64,000 bases of DNA from Eledone cirrhosa (lineage: Eukaryota): assembly GCA_964016885.1 (NCBI GenBank), contig OZ024741.1:2046001-2110000 (forward strand). Direction: 5' to 3'. Positions 24,758 through 38,576 of this stretch are shown piece by piece. Under the pieces are notes generated by a model that was given only the letters and a program-made list of their open reading frames with translations, did not search any database and was not told where the DNA came from. The translations under genes and the position numbers were made by a program. The number at the start of each line of letters is the position of its first letter. The stretch's first letter is position 1.

Positions 24758-24785
24758 GGGTTTTTACATTGTCCATTTACCATTC

Positions 24786-24897
24786 TGCTCTGAGGAAACA
24801 GTGGTCACAGCATTGGATATTCGAGTTCTGCAAATACTTGTGAATTTGCACGTAGCGGAACTAGGCTGCAGTACCACCGTGGAAACACTTGTAAGCA
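24786..24897 (+). ncRNA. Type I hammerhead ribozyme motif with long stem II
   Basis: tgct-CTGAGGA-[~85 nt, GTGGT..ACCAC]-GAAA-cacttg-TA-agca. Confidence 0.7.
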
Positions 24898-24944
24898 CAC
24901 GGAATAAATTACCTTTTTATGATGTCTACCTGTTATTATTCATT

Positions 24945-25017
<73 letters not shown>

Positions 25018-26602
25018 AAATATAGATTGGGGGGGGGGGGTTAGATAGATAGTTAGAAATATAGATGCTCCATTTATTGTCCAAAGATAGACATATAGAC
25101 AGTGTAGCTGCGAATAATAAATGTATGACCACTGAACACCTTGTCAAACTCTGTGAGGGAAATAGGTTGGGAGGAAAGTATCAAATTATCATTTCCCTGT
25201 CAACTTTAGCTCAAACCAGTTTTCACATGATCTTATGTTTTCTTATATATATAATTGTTTTTTTCTTTTGGCACAAAGCCAGCAATTATCCCAGTGTATT
25301 ACTGGTACTTTATTTTATCGACCCCGTAAGGATGACAGGCAAAGTTAACCTCGTAATGCCTTCTTTTCTAGTTTAAGAAGATTGGGTGTGATTTCATGGA
25401 AATTTAGTTGCTATTTCTAGCATGTCGAACGGCTCTGCAGAGGAGGTCTCTCGTCGGCCCAAATATACCATGTTGTTGTTGTGTAGTCCCAGATCAATCG
25501 TAATTGAATAAAATTGTTGAAAGATGTTCTGTCCATGAGAATCGCATCATTATATCAGGAATTATATTATTCAATCGAGCCCTTATTTAAGATAATTGTT
25601 TCTACTTTTGGCACAAGGCCATCAATTACTCCAGTGCATTACTGGTACTTTATTTTAAGGATGAAAGGCAAAGCTAACCGTATTTAAGATAATGGATTTT
25701 CATTCGAGAGAAATATGGCTGATATTTTCAGTGGGTTTTCATTTGTAAGTTGCTTCTAAGTTTATCTTTTTTACACATATTTTGTATTATATTTTCGTAA
25801 TATTGGTTGAATTACGAGGCAAGGTTCAATAGTGAGTGTGATGTTTACCGTGGGACGTGCTGTGAGATGATATCATAACTTTATAATAGGAAAGATGGGA
25901 GCAAGAGGAAGAGATTAAGTAGAATATACATATTACAATATCACTGTTGATGTTAATTTAGAGATGTAAGTTTGTCAAGTAATTCATCTTCTATGGAAAG
26001 ATAACCGAGAGAGAAACTTTCCCATAATCCTATTCCAAGAATGTATTCAACAATTGGTGGAGATTACAGCAGGTTGTAGACGTATATACAAGGTTCTAGT
26101 GAAATTATGAATATATTTATTATGTATGTATATATGATATTTGTGGGTGAAATGGTATAGGATGTATGTGTGTCTGTATGTCAAATTGTCTTCTACTAGT
26201 AACCTCTAGCTTAGTAAACTCCGCAGCTTGGTTACGTTGTGTGTCATTAGACCGGCAATCTCACAAAGCCTGTTTGATGGCAGCTCAATTTTTAACATAA
26301 TATCATTCCCACCTATTTACTTGTGGTTTGGCTAACAAGCAGAAAGTGGCACTCGTATTACACAGCATTTGCACTACAGAATTTGATGTTTAAGCAGTTA
26401 TTGCGCAAAATATTAATCACCACTTCCATAGTTTACTGATAAAGGCAGATGGAAGGTTGTAGTATTGACAAGAGCAGTTGCAATTCTCTGATTGCCTGTG
26501 ATTCTGTTTCATGTATTGAGAGCCATTGATGTCTAGATGGGGTCTTGGTCTTACCATGTTGGTTAGTTTTATATCAAATATACCAGTAATATGAACTCAT
26601 CA

Positions 26603-26661
<59 letters not shown>

Positions 26662-26669
26662 TATATAAA

Positions 26670-26752
<83 letters not shown>

Positions 26753-26755
<3 letters not shown>

Positions 26756-27240
26756 CATGACTTCCAATAGTTTTAAGACCCGGTGGTATGGTATGCCCAT
26801 ACCCACTCCCTCAGAAGACCGGTCAAATCAAACCAGACAACCCTCGCCTCCTATGTTTGGGATCTCAAAAGGAACTCCACTCTTAAATGGAAAATACTCC
26901 AGAAAGCGCGCTCATGCAACGGAGGACACAAGTGCTGCGATCTTTCTATCACAGAGAGCTACGAAATTTTATTCGCCAAGAGCCCGCTACTGAACAAACT
27001 CTCTGAACACTGCCCGAACTGCATGCACAAAAACTTTGCAACTTTCAAATACCTTAAGCCAGTGTTAATGCCCGATGGCTAAAAACGGCTTCGTCCCTTT
27101 TTTATTTTTTTTAAACGCCAGCGGACAAAATAGTCCCTCTACCTCCTTCACACCCCACCAAAACCTCTCCTCAACCTGAAACACGGCACTATGGTTATGT
27201 AAGTACCTCTTACCTTTCTACATTTTCTGCTTGTAGAGGT
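26753..27240 (+). mobile_element. 3' fragment of a Penelope-like element (GIY-YIG region)
   Basis: [13 protein letters not shown] / TTLASYVWDLK..LKWKIL..CDL..E..LLNK..C.HK is homologous to the PLE A and B C-termini. It begins inside (TA)n. Confidence 0.8.
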
Positions 27241-27384
27241 GTTTTATGTGCGTGTGTATATGTGTATATTTATGAGTACATGTTTGTTTGTATGTATTTG
27301 TATGAGCGGCCGTTCGTTTGTATGCATATCGCTGTGTGTACGTGCGTACACATGTACCTGCATTTGGGCACGTTTGTGTATGTT

Positions 27385-27446
<62 letters not shown>

Positions 27447-28698
27447 TAATTAACCCACGTGTATATTATTTTACTTTCTTGTGTTTCGCGATTGCCTCCC
27501 TTTTCCGCTTCATGACGCTGTGAAATTCCTCAGTCTAAAGACTGCTGGAATTTCAAATTTGGCGGTCATTATGATGCGTGAAGGGACGACTTAGCTGACA
27601 CGAAAAATAACTGCGGTAAGACATTTTTTCTTATATCAAAGTTTGATGGGCATCCACTGATGATTTATAAGTGCCCACCTGCATGTGTTCTTACAGAAAA
27701 ATATGTAGGCTTCTACATAAACCGGAAACATTCTCCCAACTTGTAGAAAACTTATAATGAAACAATTGTTTGGAAATAGAGATATATTTTAATTTTAATT
27801 ATATCTCATATAAAATAATACAACTGGCTTTCCACAAAATACATATAGTTAGCACCCCAAACACAAAATTGGGATTATGCTAACGTATATCCTAATGTTT
27901 GTTGAGTGAGATGGTAGCCAGTCAGAGTTTAGCTTAAAGCTTTCTCTGTTATTGTATTAAATATTTTGCTCTTAATTTGGCCAGAGAATTATATTTCCAG
28001 ATACCTTTTAAACGTAACTTTCCGTATTTATTACTGTTATTAGATATTGTTTGTTATTTAGGTATCACTTCTCTGTTTTTAGCCTAAGAAAATATCTATA
28101 TGCGTGTGTAATTAATACATGCATACATTTTCGTTTTTTAAATTAATTGAGTTCTTAACACGCAGGATTAAAATTGTTTTTAAAAATCTAATTAACCCAC
28201 GTGTATATTATTTTACTTTCTTGTGTTTCGCGATTGCCTCCCTTTTCCGCTTCGTGACGCTGTGAAATTCCTCAGTCTAAAGACTGCTGGAATTTCAAAT
28301 TTGGCGGTCATTATGATGCGTGAAGGGACGACTTAGCTGACACGAAAAATAACTGCGGTAAGAAATTTTTTATTATATCAAAGTTTGATGGGCATCCACT
28401 GATGATTTATAAGTGCCCACCTGCATGTGTTCTTACAGAAAAATATGTAGGCTTCTACATAAACCGGAAACATTCTCCCAACTTGTAGAAAACTTATAAT
28501 GAAACAATTGTTTGGAAATAGAGATATATTTTAATTTTAATTATATCTCATATAAAATAATACAACTGGCTTTTCACAAAATACATATAGTTAGCACCCC
28601 AAACACAAAATTGGGATTATACTAACGTATATCCTAATGTTTGTTGAGTGAGATGGTAGCCAGTCAGAGTTTAGCTTAAAGCTTTCTCTGTTATTGTA

Positions 28699-28702
<4 letters not shown>
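27447..28702 (+). repeat. Direct repeat of ~515 bp (27447-27960 and 28189-28702; period 742 bp), each copy with a hammerhead-like core
   Basis: Near-identical copies with CTGATGA at 27657 and 28399, followed by ..cttaca-GAAA-aatatg-TA. Both outer ends abut (TA)n. Confidence 0.85.
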
Positions 28703-28752
<50 letters not shown>

Positions 28753-28807
28753 TTGAAATAAAATGAAAACGAAATTTCATTTCTCACTCTTAGTACGGCA
28801 CTTACTT

Positions 28808-28864
28808 AAATGTAAGTATGTGTGTATACGTACATACATATATGTATACAGACGTACAGTAGCA

Positions 28865-28913
<49 letters not shown>

Positions 28914-29173
28914 GTACAGGTACACATACATATATGCACGTATCAGTTTAGCGGACGCTTATTATAACGCCGCTTTGTTCGTTTGTAAACAAACTGAACA
29001 GCCTGAATTTTTATGCCGTACGGTGTTAAGGCAACCACGTCACCTTTTTGTTCAACACTGACACCGTACGGCATAAAAATTCAGGTTTTTCAGTTTGTTT
29101 ACAAACGAACAAAGCGGCGTTATAATAAGCGTCCGCTAAACTGATACGTGCATATATGTATGTGTACCTGTAC

Positions 29174-29234
<61 letters not shown>

Positions 29235-29290
29235 TGCTACTGTACGTATGTATACATATATGTATGTACGTATACACACATACTTACATT

Positions 29291-29291
<1 letters not shown>
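28808..29291. repeat. Inverted repeat (~220-bp arms, ~30-bp spacer)
   Basis: 28808-29027 is the reverse complement of about 29058-29291, including an internal (TA)n. Confidence 0.85.
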
Positions 29292-29374
<83 letters not shown>

Positions 29375-29420
29375 AATGTATGTGTGTGTGTGTATATATG
29401 TATGTATGTGTATGTGTGTA

Positions 29421-29452
<32 letters not shown>

Positions 29453-29528
29453 AGTATATATGTGTGTATGTATGTATGTATGTGTGTATATGAGTATATA
29501 TGTGTATATGTATCTATGTATGTGTATG

Positions 29529-29570
<42 letters not shown>

Positions 29571-29604
29571 CATGTGTGTGTGTATATATATATATGTATA
29601 TGTG

Positions 29605-29639
<35 letters not shown>

Positions 29640-29750
29640 ATATGTATATATCTGTATGTGTATATATATATATGTGTATGTGTGTGTATGTATGTAAGTA
29701 TATGTACATATATATATATATATAAATGTATATATATGTATATATATGTG

Positions 29751-29879
<129 letters not shown>

Positions 29880-30115
29880 GCTCTGTTTAATTACATTGAG
29901 CTATATCTTATACTGTCATTTCTATAATATGAAGAGTGTGTTTAACTCCAACACACTCTAGTATTTTAATTCTTATATATATATATATAAATATATATAT
30001 ATATGGATATATATATGTGTGTGTATGTATGTGTATATGTGTGTATATGTATGTATATATATGTATATATATGTGTGTGTATGTATATATATATATATGT
30101 ATATATGTATGTTTG

Positions 30116-30159
<44 letters not shown>

Positions 30160-30837
30160 TATATATATATGTATATATATATATATGTATGTATGTGTGT
30201 ATATATATATGTATGTATATATGTCAAGTCACCAGTTGGTGCTACTGGTAACATGTACCCCAGTACAACCTGTCTCATGGTCGGGTCGTTGGCGACTAAA
30301 CTGGCAACGCCACCAAGGTTTCTTGGTGAGGAGGGTGACTTTGGATATCCTGCAGGACTAAAAACAAAACCTGTCAAAGGGCAAAGGAGCTCTTAAGAGT
30401 CAATGGCCATCCAAAATCACCGGGAGAGATGACCACTTAGCCTTTGTCAAGGCAGAATTCTAGGAGAAGGAAAACTCTGATATAACACCTGCAACCCTGA
30501 TGGTATCCAATGATGTTAACTTGTTCTTCTTTTTGGTAAATATCATCTTGGTTAAGAGAGTGGGACTGGCTTTGTGCAGTGCCTTTGCTCACTATAAAAG
30601 CTTGACGGCACAGGCATTGCTTTATACTTGGAGATCTCTTTGCACTTTTCGTCACATGGTACCAAGGGCCCAGCACTATGTGTCAATAATTGTCACGAGT
30701 GTAGTGTTTGTACCAGAGTTTTCAAGTCGCTGGCTGAACTAAAATGTCACACTCGTTCAGCGCATCGGTAGGGGTTCTCCTACATGGATATAAAGTAGTG
30801 GCCGTACTCAAAAACGAGTTGGCAGCCAACATGTGTG

Positions 30838-30997
<160 letters not shown>

Positions 30998-31049
30998 TAC
31001 ACATATATATACACATATATATATATATATATATATAAACATATATATA

Positions 31050-31490
31050 TATATATAGATAATTTAATATATCTACTAACATAAGCGCACAGATGTACGC
31101 TAATGCCAGCAAATATCCAGTCCTCGATAGCTGTTCCATTTACCGAATTATTATTTTTTTTATATGAGTCCCCAGTGTCCGCGCATTGCCTGGAGACTTG
31201 GCTGAGAATGATCTCCCTGATGACGCAATGAAATTCTCAACAGTTCATTACGTAACTGTCTTTATCCCATTGCAGAAACTAATTAGTTGGAGTGAAAATT
31301 TAAGTGAGTAAGTTAATTTTTTTTAAATTTTTTTTTAAATTTTCTTATTTTACGTCTTTTATATTATTGTTCTGCATCCTCCTGCATTGAACCACCTAGG
31401 TACTATGACATAACCTCTGTATTTGCTGGCATTAGCGTACATCTGTGCGCTTATGTTAGTAGATATATTAAATTATCTATATATATATAG
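31050..31490 (+). mobile_element. Non-coding mini-PLE: inverted 3' end plus pLTR with hammerhead
   Basis: 31050-31115 is the reverse complement of 31420-31488; hammerhead at 31213-31292; (TA)n flanks. Confidence 0.7.
31213..31292 (+). ncRNA. Type I hammerhead ribozyme motif
   Basis: ctcc-CTGATGA-c-gcaatg..cattgc-a-GAAA-ctaattag-TT-ggag; stem III ACTAATTAGT is a perfect palindrome. Confidence 0.7.
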
Positions 31491-31551
31491 CGGCGATGAA
31501 TTAGTTTTGCGAGGTTTTTTATATGAAATCGTGTGTCGAAACAGATATTGT

Positions 31552-32164
31552 TATATTTGGGGAGGGTCATATTTGCGTAATATTGCCAGAATTAATAACA
31601 GAACACACTCACTGTTTGGTTGGTTTTCGCTTCTCGCTGTCTTTTATATATATATATATGCGATCTACCTTACTCGGTCCTCAATGTTGCCATTGACTGA
31701 CCGGCGGTCAAAAATAATACAGATACAATATAGACACAAACACATATATATAGTTTACATAATTTACATAAATCTTTCGTTGCACATCTGCAACATCGTC
31801 AGTGGTGTTATATTCATTGTTCCTCCTGTTGTGTTGTATGTCTACGCCATTTTTTTTGTTCTGAACAAAAAAAATGGCGTAGACATACAACACAACAGGA
31901 GGAACAATGAATATAACACCACTGACGATGTTGCAGATGTGCAACGAAAGATTTATGTAAATTATGTAAACTATATATATGTGTTTGTGTCTATATTGTA
32001 TCTGTATTATTTTTGACCGCCGGTCAGTCAATGGCAACATTGAGGACCGAGTAAGTTAGATCGCAGATATATATATATAAAAGACAGCGAGAAGCGAAAA
32101 CCAACCAAACAGTGAGTGTGTTCTGTTATTAATTCTGGCAATATTACGCAAATATGACCCTCCC

Positions 32165-32172
<8 letters not shown>
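31552..32172. repeat. Near-perfect palindrome (310-bp arms, centre 31862) made of PLE D-family pLTR
   Basis: Arms match the terminal repeats of the PLE at 56683-59018. Contains a CTGACGA-tgttgca..tgcaac-GAAA core at 31922. Confidence 0.9.
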
Positions 32173-32246
<74 letters not shown>

Positions 32247-32286
32247 AATATATATGTATATGTGTATGTGTGTGTATATCTATCTA

Positions 32287-32532
<246 letters not shown>

Positions 32533-32538
32533 CTATAT

Positions 32539-33510
32539 GAGAGTGCCCAGGCGCTCACCGCCCTCTGGCAGGCGGATCCGGTTATCAGTGGAGACTCCAC
32601 CGCAACATTCTATAGAGGGCTGGTACGCAGCAGGTGCGACGACGCCCTCGGAGAAGCCCTAGACATGGAGGAGGACGAACTGGCCAGCCTGTTCGGTAGG
32701 ACATTCAGCCCGGGACCTATGGACAACTTCCAGAAGTCCCTGGCCTGGCAGTGCTACCGAGTGGCTTTACCCGTTCGAGAAAGGCTCTACAGACACGGGC
32801 GCCCGGGTAGGGACCCCGCCAAAAAGATCTGTCCCAGATGCGTGTGCGACGAGGAAACCGTTGCACACGCATTGGTACACTGCTCGGGCGTAGCCGATCT
32901 GTGGAGCTATGTCGAACAACTGCTGTCAAGGGTGGGACCGATCCGGTTGACCACCGAGTCTATTGTAATGATTAAGCCGCCTCCCCCCTTCAAAGATGAA
33001 GCAGAGGCGGTGTTTCTGTGCGTAATAGCCATGGCGAAAGAGGTTGTATGGTGGACGCGTCTGAAAGGACTGAGGTCAGGCACCTTTCTCTCTGGCCAAC
33101 AACTGGTCCGTTTCTTCCGATATCATTTCGGAAGAAGGATCAGGATGGAGAGAGAGGTGCTGCACCCCAGCCGTTTCTATGAAAGATGGGTGAAAGTGGC
33201 GAGAATGGCCCGTGTGAATGGGCCTTCACTCTACATCAGACTATAGGTGAGGAAGATGAAAGACCAAGGGAGCACCCCTTCTCTGTGCTCCTGAGGAGAA
33301 GGGTTGCACACTTTTTTCGGGGGTGTGTGCGACCCCCCAAGGCGCCTCCTCTCTATTGAGGATTTTGTTATAAATTTTATTTTTTGTTATATCTTATTTT
33401 ATTTTTATATTTTGTTATTGCCTCCTCCTTATTGAGGACGCCTTTTTGTGTAAACTCCCCCCTTTGTACTTGTCCCACATTTGATGCCCTAGTGGCAAAT
33501 AAAAGAAACA
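32539..33510 (+). mobile_element. 5'-truncated Tx1-family copy 4 (ORF2 C-terminus 32539-33246 plus 3'UTR)
   Basis: [34 protein letters not shown] matches the ORF2 ends of copies 1-3. Ends GTGGCAAATAAAAGAAACA, followed by (TA)n. Confidence 0.93.
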
Positions 33511-33516
33511 TATATG

Positions 33517-33684
<168 letters not shown>

Positions 33685-33927
33685 TGTCTGTTGACACCTG
33701 GAATATAGCTTAAGAGAAATATAACAATAATGATAGACACCCAATATTTTGAACTGGTTTATAGAATCCTTTCTGCCTTTGTCACTCTAAATATAAACTA
33801 TAGACTTAAAAAATAGCTTTTAATGAACTCCCTTTTCTTTCAACCAAGGACCTCCACCCATGCCACTCCCCACCTTCTCCTACCACCTGAAAAGATATAA
33901 ATACCAATACATTTATTTTTGGAAAGC

Positions 33928-34070
33928 TAGATTCCTGATGATTTCTAAAGAATGAAAGAGTTCTAGTCCTGTAGAATCTCATCTATATTAAAACTTTTAT
34001 ACTCTGCTATGTATTGAGTACCTTGCTTACTGTGGTTACCTCCGATTCAACCCGGAATAACTTACCTTAT
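33928..34070 (+). mobile_element. PLE pLTR fragment with hammerhead-like motif
   Basis: agattc-CTGATGA-tttctaaagaat-GAAA-..ctg-TA-gaatct. Related copies at 50597-50787, 52650-52700 and 62720-62826. Confidence 0.65.
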
Positions 34071-34078
34071 ATATATAT

Positions 34079-37000
34079 AACGAAGGAAATGTGGTAAGGA
34101 ACCAGATGGACTATAACGGACCAAAGTACTCAATACTTAGGGTAGTAGAGTGGGTAATAGGAACAATTATGACCCCGACGGCATAGCTCAAGCCGTTTCG
34201 ACGGCTAATTCTGGACTAAATAAACATTTTTAGCCTGGTAAATAAATAGCCGAACTTCTCAGGGGGTAATTCCTTATATGGGAAGGTAGTAATTGTCCAA
34301 AAGCATTGGACAAAAATTTGTTGTAAAGACAGATGATTCTATCATGGCATTTGGTGGGAGGTAGGGGTAGCTGAACTTGCCGGTAGAACAAAGAGGGAGT
34401 GGGGAAACCCAATCAAGCGTTGAAAGTGAAATCTATACAGCAGATTCTAAGGATAGTGTATAGAAGGTCGAGAAAAGTGTACTGGAGAAGGGGAGGGTGT
34501 GTGTGAAAGAATAGGTAAATCGAAAGGGAGTAAACAACGAAACCATTATTAAAATAAGGAAATAAATATATAAAAAACAATTTCTGGTTACTACTCCCCT
34601 TCCACAATCACCAAATCTCTCATTGGTATTGCTAAGCTATAGAAAAGTTTAATAGGTGGAGAAAAATACTAAATACGAGATTATAGTGAAAGAACTTTAT
34701 AAAGCCGGCTTTACGGGGGAGGTCTAACACCACTGCTATAGTTAGTTAGTAATCAGCCAATGCTATCTTACAATGACGGGTTAAAAACAAAAATACTAAA
34801 TTACTACTACAAAAATACTAATACGAAATATTAATTCAGAATACTAATACAGAAATACTAATACAAGGATACTAATACAGAAATACCACTAGGAAATTTA
34901 GAAATCGCAGAAATGGAGTAGCAACCAGAAAGAAAACAATTTACTGGGGTCTAACACATCTGCTGTAAAAAGCATAATCGGCCAATTCTATCTTAAAATT
35001 AGGGGGGTGGGGGTACTGAGGCTACAGAGGACCGATGGGCTGCATCGGGGTAGGCGAAAAGGTAAAAAAAAAGACAAGGAAGGAGATCTGGGGTGGAAGG
35101 TCTAGGAAGAGATGGGGAAGAAGGAAAAGATAAAAGATTTACGTCTACCTTTGTAAGCAGGGGCAACCCCTTACAAAATCGGCAAGTGGGTGTTTCAGTC
35201 CTTGTCCCAACCCCCGGGTCATTATGGGGTTTGAGGGCGAGGTAAGTCCTACGCAATCTGTGTTTGCATGCAGTTACCAGTTCGTCTTTCTTGTTTAGGA
35301 GTTGGTCCTTTGAAAACAGCATTTGTAATGTTTCCTCTGAGCATAAGTTACACGGACGGCGCCCTCCCATGTAAGAGTTAGCTCTGGACAGTAAGCTCCA
35401 AGTGAGATTGTAAGTTATATTATTATCTTTGAAGTCCGACATAGGGAGAATCAGTAAAAAAATCCTAGACCGCGTTATACCAAAAGTTAAGCAAAACACG
35501 AGACTTAGCCTATGGGTCAACACCCAGGAAGTAATCTCATGTTTCAGCAATATGGAGGACAAATGAGACACAAAAATTCATCCAGTTTGACATAGAGAGT
35601 TACTATGCATCAATTACCTTACCACTCCTTACGGCCGCCTTGAAATTTTGCCGAAACACTCACGCCCATCACCGACCAGGAAAGAAATATCATCCTCCAC
35701 GCCAGGAAGACAGTCCTACTTTTCGACAACTCCAAATGGATAAAGAGAGCTCCTGACTCCCCCTTCGACGTCAGTATGGGCGTGACGGATTCGGCTGAGG
35801 TCACAGATCTTATAGGATTATTCCTACTATTTAAACTCACCGAAATGTTTCCTGCATTCGGCGGTGGATTGTACCGAGATGATGGGCTCCTTACCCTCAA
35901 AGGGTACAACCCCAGTAGTACAGACTGGGTCCGTAAACAATTAATCAGCTTCTTCCGCGAGTGGGATTTAAAATAACCCTAAAAACGTCCCTAGCCCGAG
36001 TAAGCTTCCTGGACGTTACCCTTAACCTCGATAATGATCTGTACTACCCATACAGGAAACCAAACGACAACCTGCATTTCATCCACCGCCGGTCGAACCA
36101 TCCTAGAAACATCACCAATAACCTGGTTAAAAACCTCTCCCTCCGCATATCTCGTTTGTCCGCTAATGAGCATATATTCGACGAACACGCACCTTATTAC
36201 AACCAGGCCCTCAAGCGGAGTGGCTTCCGGGAGGAAATATCCTATTATCCAGCTTCCATTAGCTGAACCAGCAGGCAACACCGTCACTCACGCAATGTAA
36301 TGGGGTTCAATCCTCCCCACAATGCCGAGGTGACAACACCTATCGGGAAAATCTTCTTTGTGCTCATCGAAAAACACTTCCCACTACAACACCGCTACCA
36401 CAACATAATCAACAAAAACACAATCAAACTCTCCTACAGCACCACACCTAACTTCGCACAAAACATCGTCTCATCTAACAACAAAAAACTCAACCCCTAT
36501 GGAAGAAATAACCTAGACAGCAGTGGAGAGCCGACCAGGAGGTGTAACTGTCCTGATAGATCCCTTTGCCCCCCCCCCCCCCTCAACAACAGATGCCGAG
36601 ATCGTAATGTGATCTACCAGTGCAACGTGAGGACGGACACCTCCAACAAAGCTTATATAGGATTAACCGCTTGTGACTTCAAGACCCGGCTCTATCTACA
36701 CCAACATACTTTCCGAAACCCGGCCCGGCGTCATGCCACTACACTTTCGGGCCACATCTGGGAGCTCAAAGATAATAATATAACCTACAATCTCACTTGG
36801 AGCTTACTGTCCTGGGCTAACTCTTACATGGGAGGGCGCCGTGTAACTTATACTCAGAGGAAACATTACAAATGCTGTTTTCAAAGGACCAACTCCTAAA
36901 CAAGAAAGACGAACTGGTAACTGCAGGCAAACACAGATTGCGTAGGACTTACCTCGCCCTCAAACCCCATAATGACCCGGGGGGGGGGGGCAAGGACTGA

Positions 37001-38040
37001 AACACCCCACTTGCCGATTTTGTAAGGGGTTGCCCCTGCTTACAAAGGTAGAGGTAAATCTTTTATCTTTTCCTTCTTCTCCCCATCTCTTCCTAGTCCT
37101 TCCACCCCAGATCTCCTTCCTTGTCTTTTTTTTCACCTTTTCGCCTACCCCGATGCAGCCCATCGGTCCTCTGTAGCCTCAGTACCCCCACCCCCCTAAT
37201 TTTAAGATAGAATTGGCCGATTATGCTTTTTACAGCAGATGTGTTAGACCCCAGTAAATTGTTTTCTTTCTGGTTGCTACTCCATTTCTGCGATTTCTAA
37301 ATTTCCTAGTGGTATTTTTGTATTAGTATCCTTGTATTAGTATTTCTGTATTAGTATTCTGAATTAATATTTCGTATTAGTATTTTTGTAGTAGTAATTT
37401 AGTATTTTGTTTTTAACCCGTCATTGTAAGATAGCATTGGCTGATTACTAACTAACTATAGCAGTGGTGTTAGACCTCCCCCGTAAAGCCGGCTTTATAA
37501 AGTTCTTTCACTATAATCTCGTATTTAGTATTTTTCTCCACCTATTAAACTTTTCTATAGCTTAGCAATACCAATGAGAGATTTGGTGATTGTGGAAGGG
37601 GAGTAGTAACCAGAAATTGTTTTTTATATATTTATTTCCTTATTTTAATAATGGTTTCGTTGTTTACTCCCTTTCGATTTACCTATTCTTTCACACACAC
37701 CCTCCCCTTCTCCAGTACACTTTTCTCGACCTTCTATACACTATCCTTAGAATCTGCTGTATAGATTACACTTTCAACGCTTGACTGGGTTTCCCCACTC
37801 CCTCTTTGTTCTACCGGCAAGTTCAGCTACCCCTACCTCCCACCAAATGCCATAATAGAATCATCTGTCTTTACAACAAATTTTTGACCAATGACTTTGG
37901 ACAATTACTATCTTCCCATATAAGGAATTACCGCCTGAGAAGTTCGGCTATCTATTTACTAGACTAAAAATTCTTATTTAGTCTAGAATGAGCCGTCGTA
38001 ACGGCTTGAGCTCTGCCGTCGGGGTCATACTTGTTCCTAT
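34079..38040 (+). mobile_element. Penelope-like element B (Naiad-like) with ~1.27-kb inverted terminal repeats
   Basis: 34157-35432 is the reverse complement of 36766-38040; decayed RT-GIY-YIG coding region in between. Confidence 0.9.
35433..36970 (+). pseudogene. PLE RT + GIY-YIG, multiply disrupted
   Basis: KSDIGRISKKILD, FIQFDIESYY, MGVTDSAEVTDLIG, GGGLYRDDGL, VSFLDVTLNL, CNC..C..C, NVIYQC..KAYIGLT. Confidence 0.88.
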
Positions 38041-38258
38041 ATATATATATATCCCACTCTCAAGCGTGAACCTTATACGAACGCTGCTTGTACTGCACTC
38101 TTTGTTATTGTTTTTGTTTTTCGTTTTTACCCCCCTCTCTCTCTCTCTCTCTCTCTTTATATATATATATATATATATAAATATATAACGAAGGAAATGT
38201 GGTAAGGAACCAGGTGGACCATAACGTACCAAAGTACTCAATACTTGAGGTAGTAGAG

Positions 38259-38292
<34 letters not shown>

Positions 38293-38481
38293 TATATGTA
38301 TATATATATATACACTCAATTAAGCACACACACGCACGTGTGTGTCTGTTTGAGTGTGTATGCATATGTGTTCACGATTAAAAAACACAAACAGGTCTAA
38401 TTAATGAAATACTAAACAAATTTTAAGGGGCTGAAAGTTTATATTTACTACAAACATGGCTGAAAAGGATGAGTTCTCTCC

Positions 38482-38576
<95 letters not shown>

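Larger units (their letters stand above)
22276..24953 (-). mobile_element. Penelope-like element A (Naiad-like), 5'-truncated, with inverted pseudo-LTR
   Basis: RT plus GIY-YIG ORF. 24758-24953 is the reverse complement of 22276-22470, and the right end abuts a (TA)n/(GA)n run. Confidence 0.9.

Noticed and set aside
30225-30510. Possible RTE-type LINE 5' region or SINE
   Set aside because: Looks repeat-derived (GGAGAAGGAAAACTCTGA), but there is no coding or second-copy support in the window.
35433-36970. Selenocysteine recoding in Naiad-like PLEs (in-frame TGA near 35564 and 36264)
   Set aside because: The TGAs are not at conserved Cys positions, the zinc-finger Cys codons are ordinary, and the copy has other lesions. 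CGA-to-TGA decay is the simpler explanation.
38246-38256. TGAGGTAGTAG, identical to the let-7 5' end
   Set aside because: A chance variant of the PLE B terminus (TTAGGGTAGTAGAG in other copies), with no precursor hairpin or let-7 3' half.
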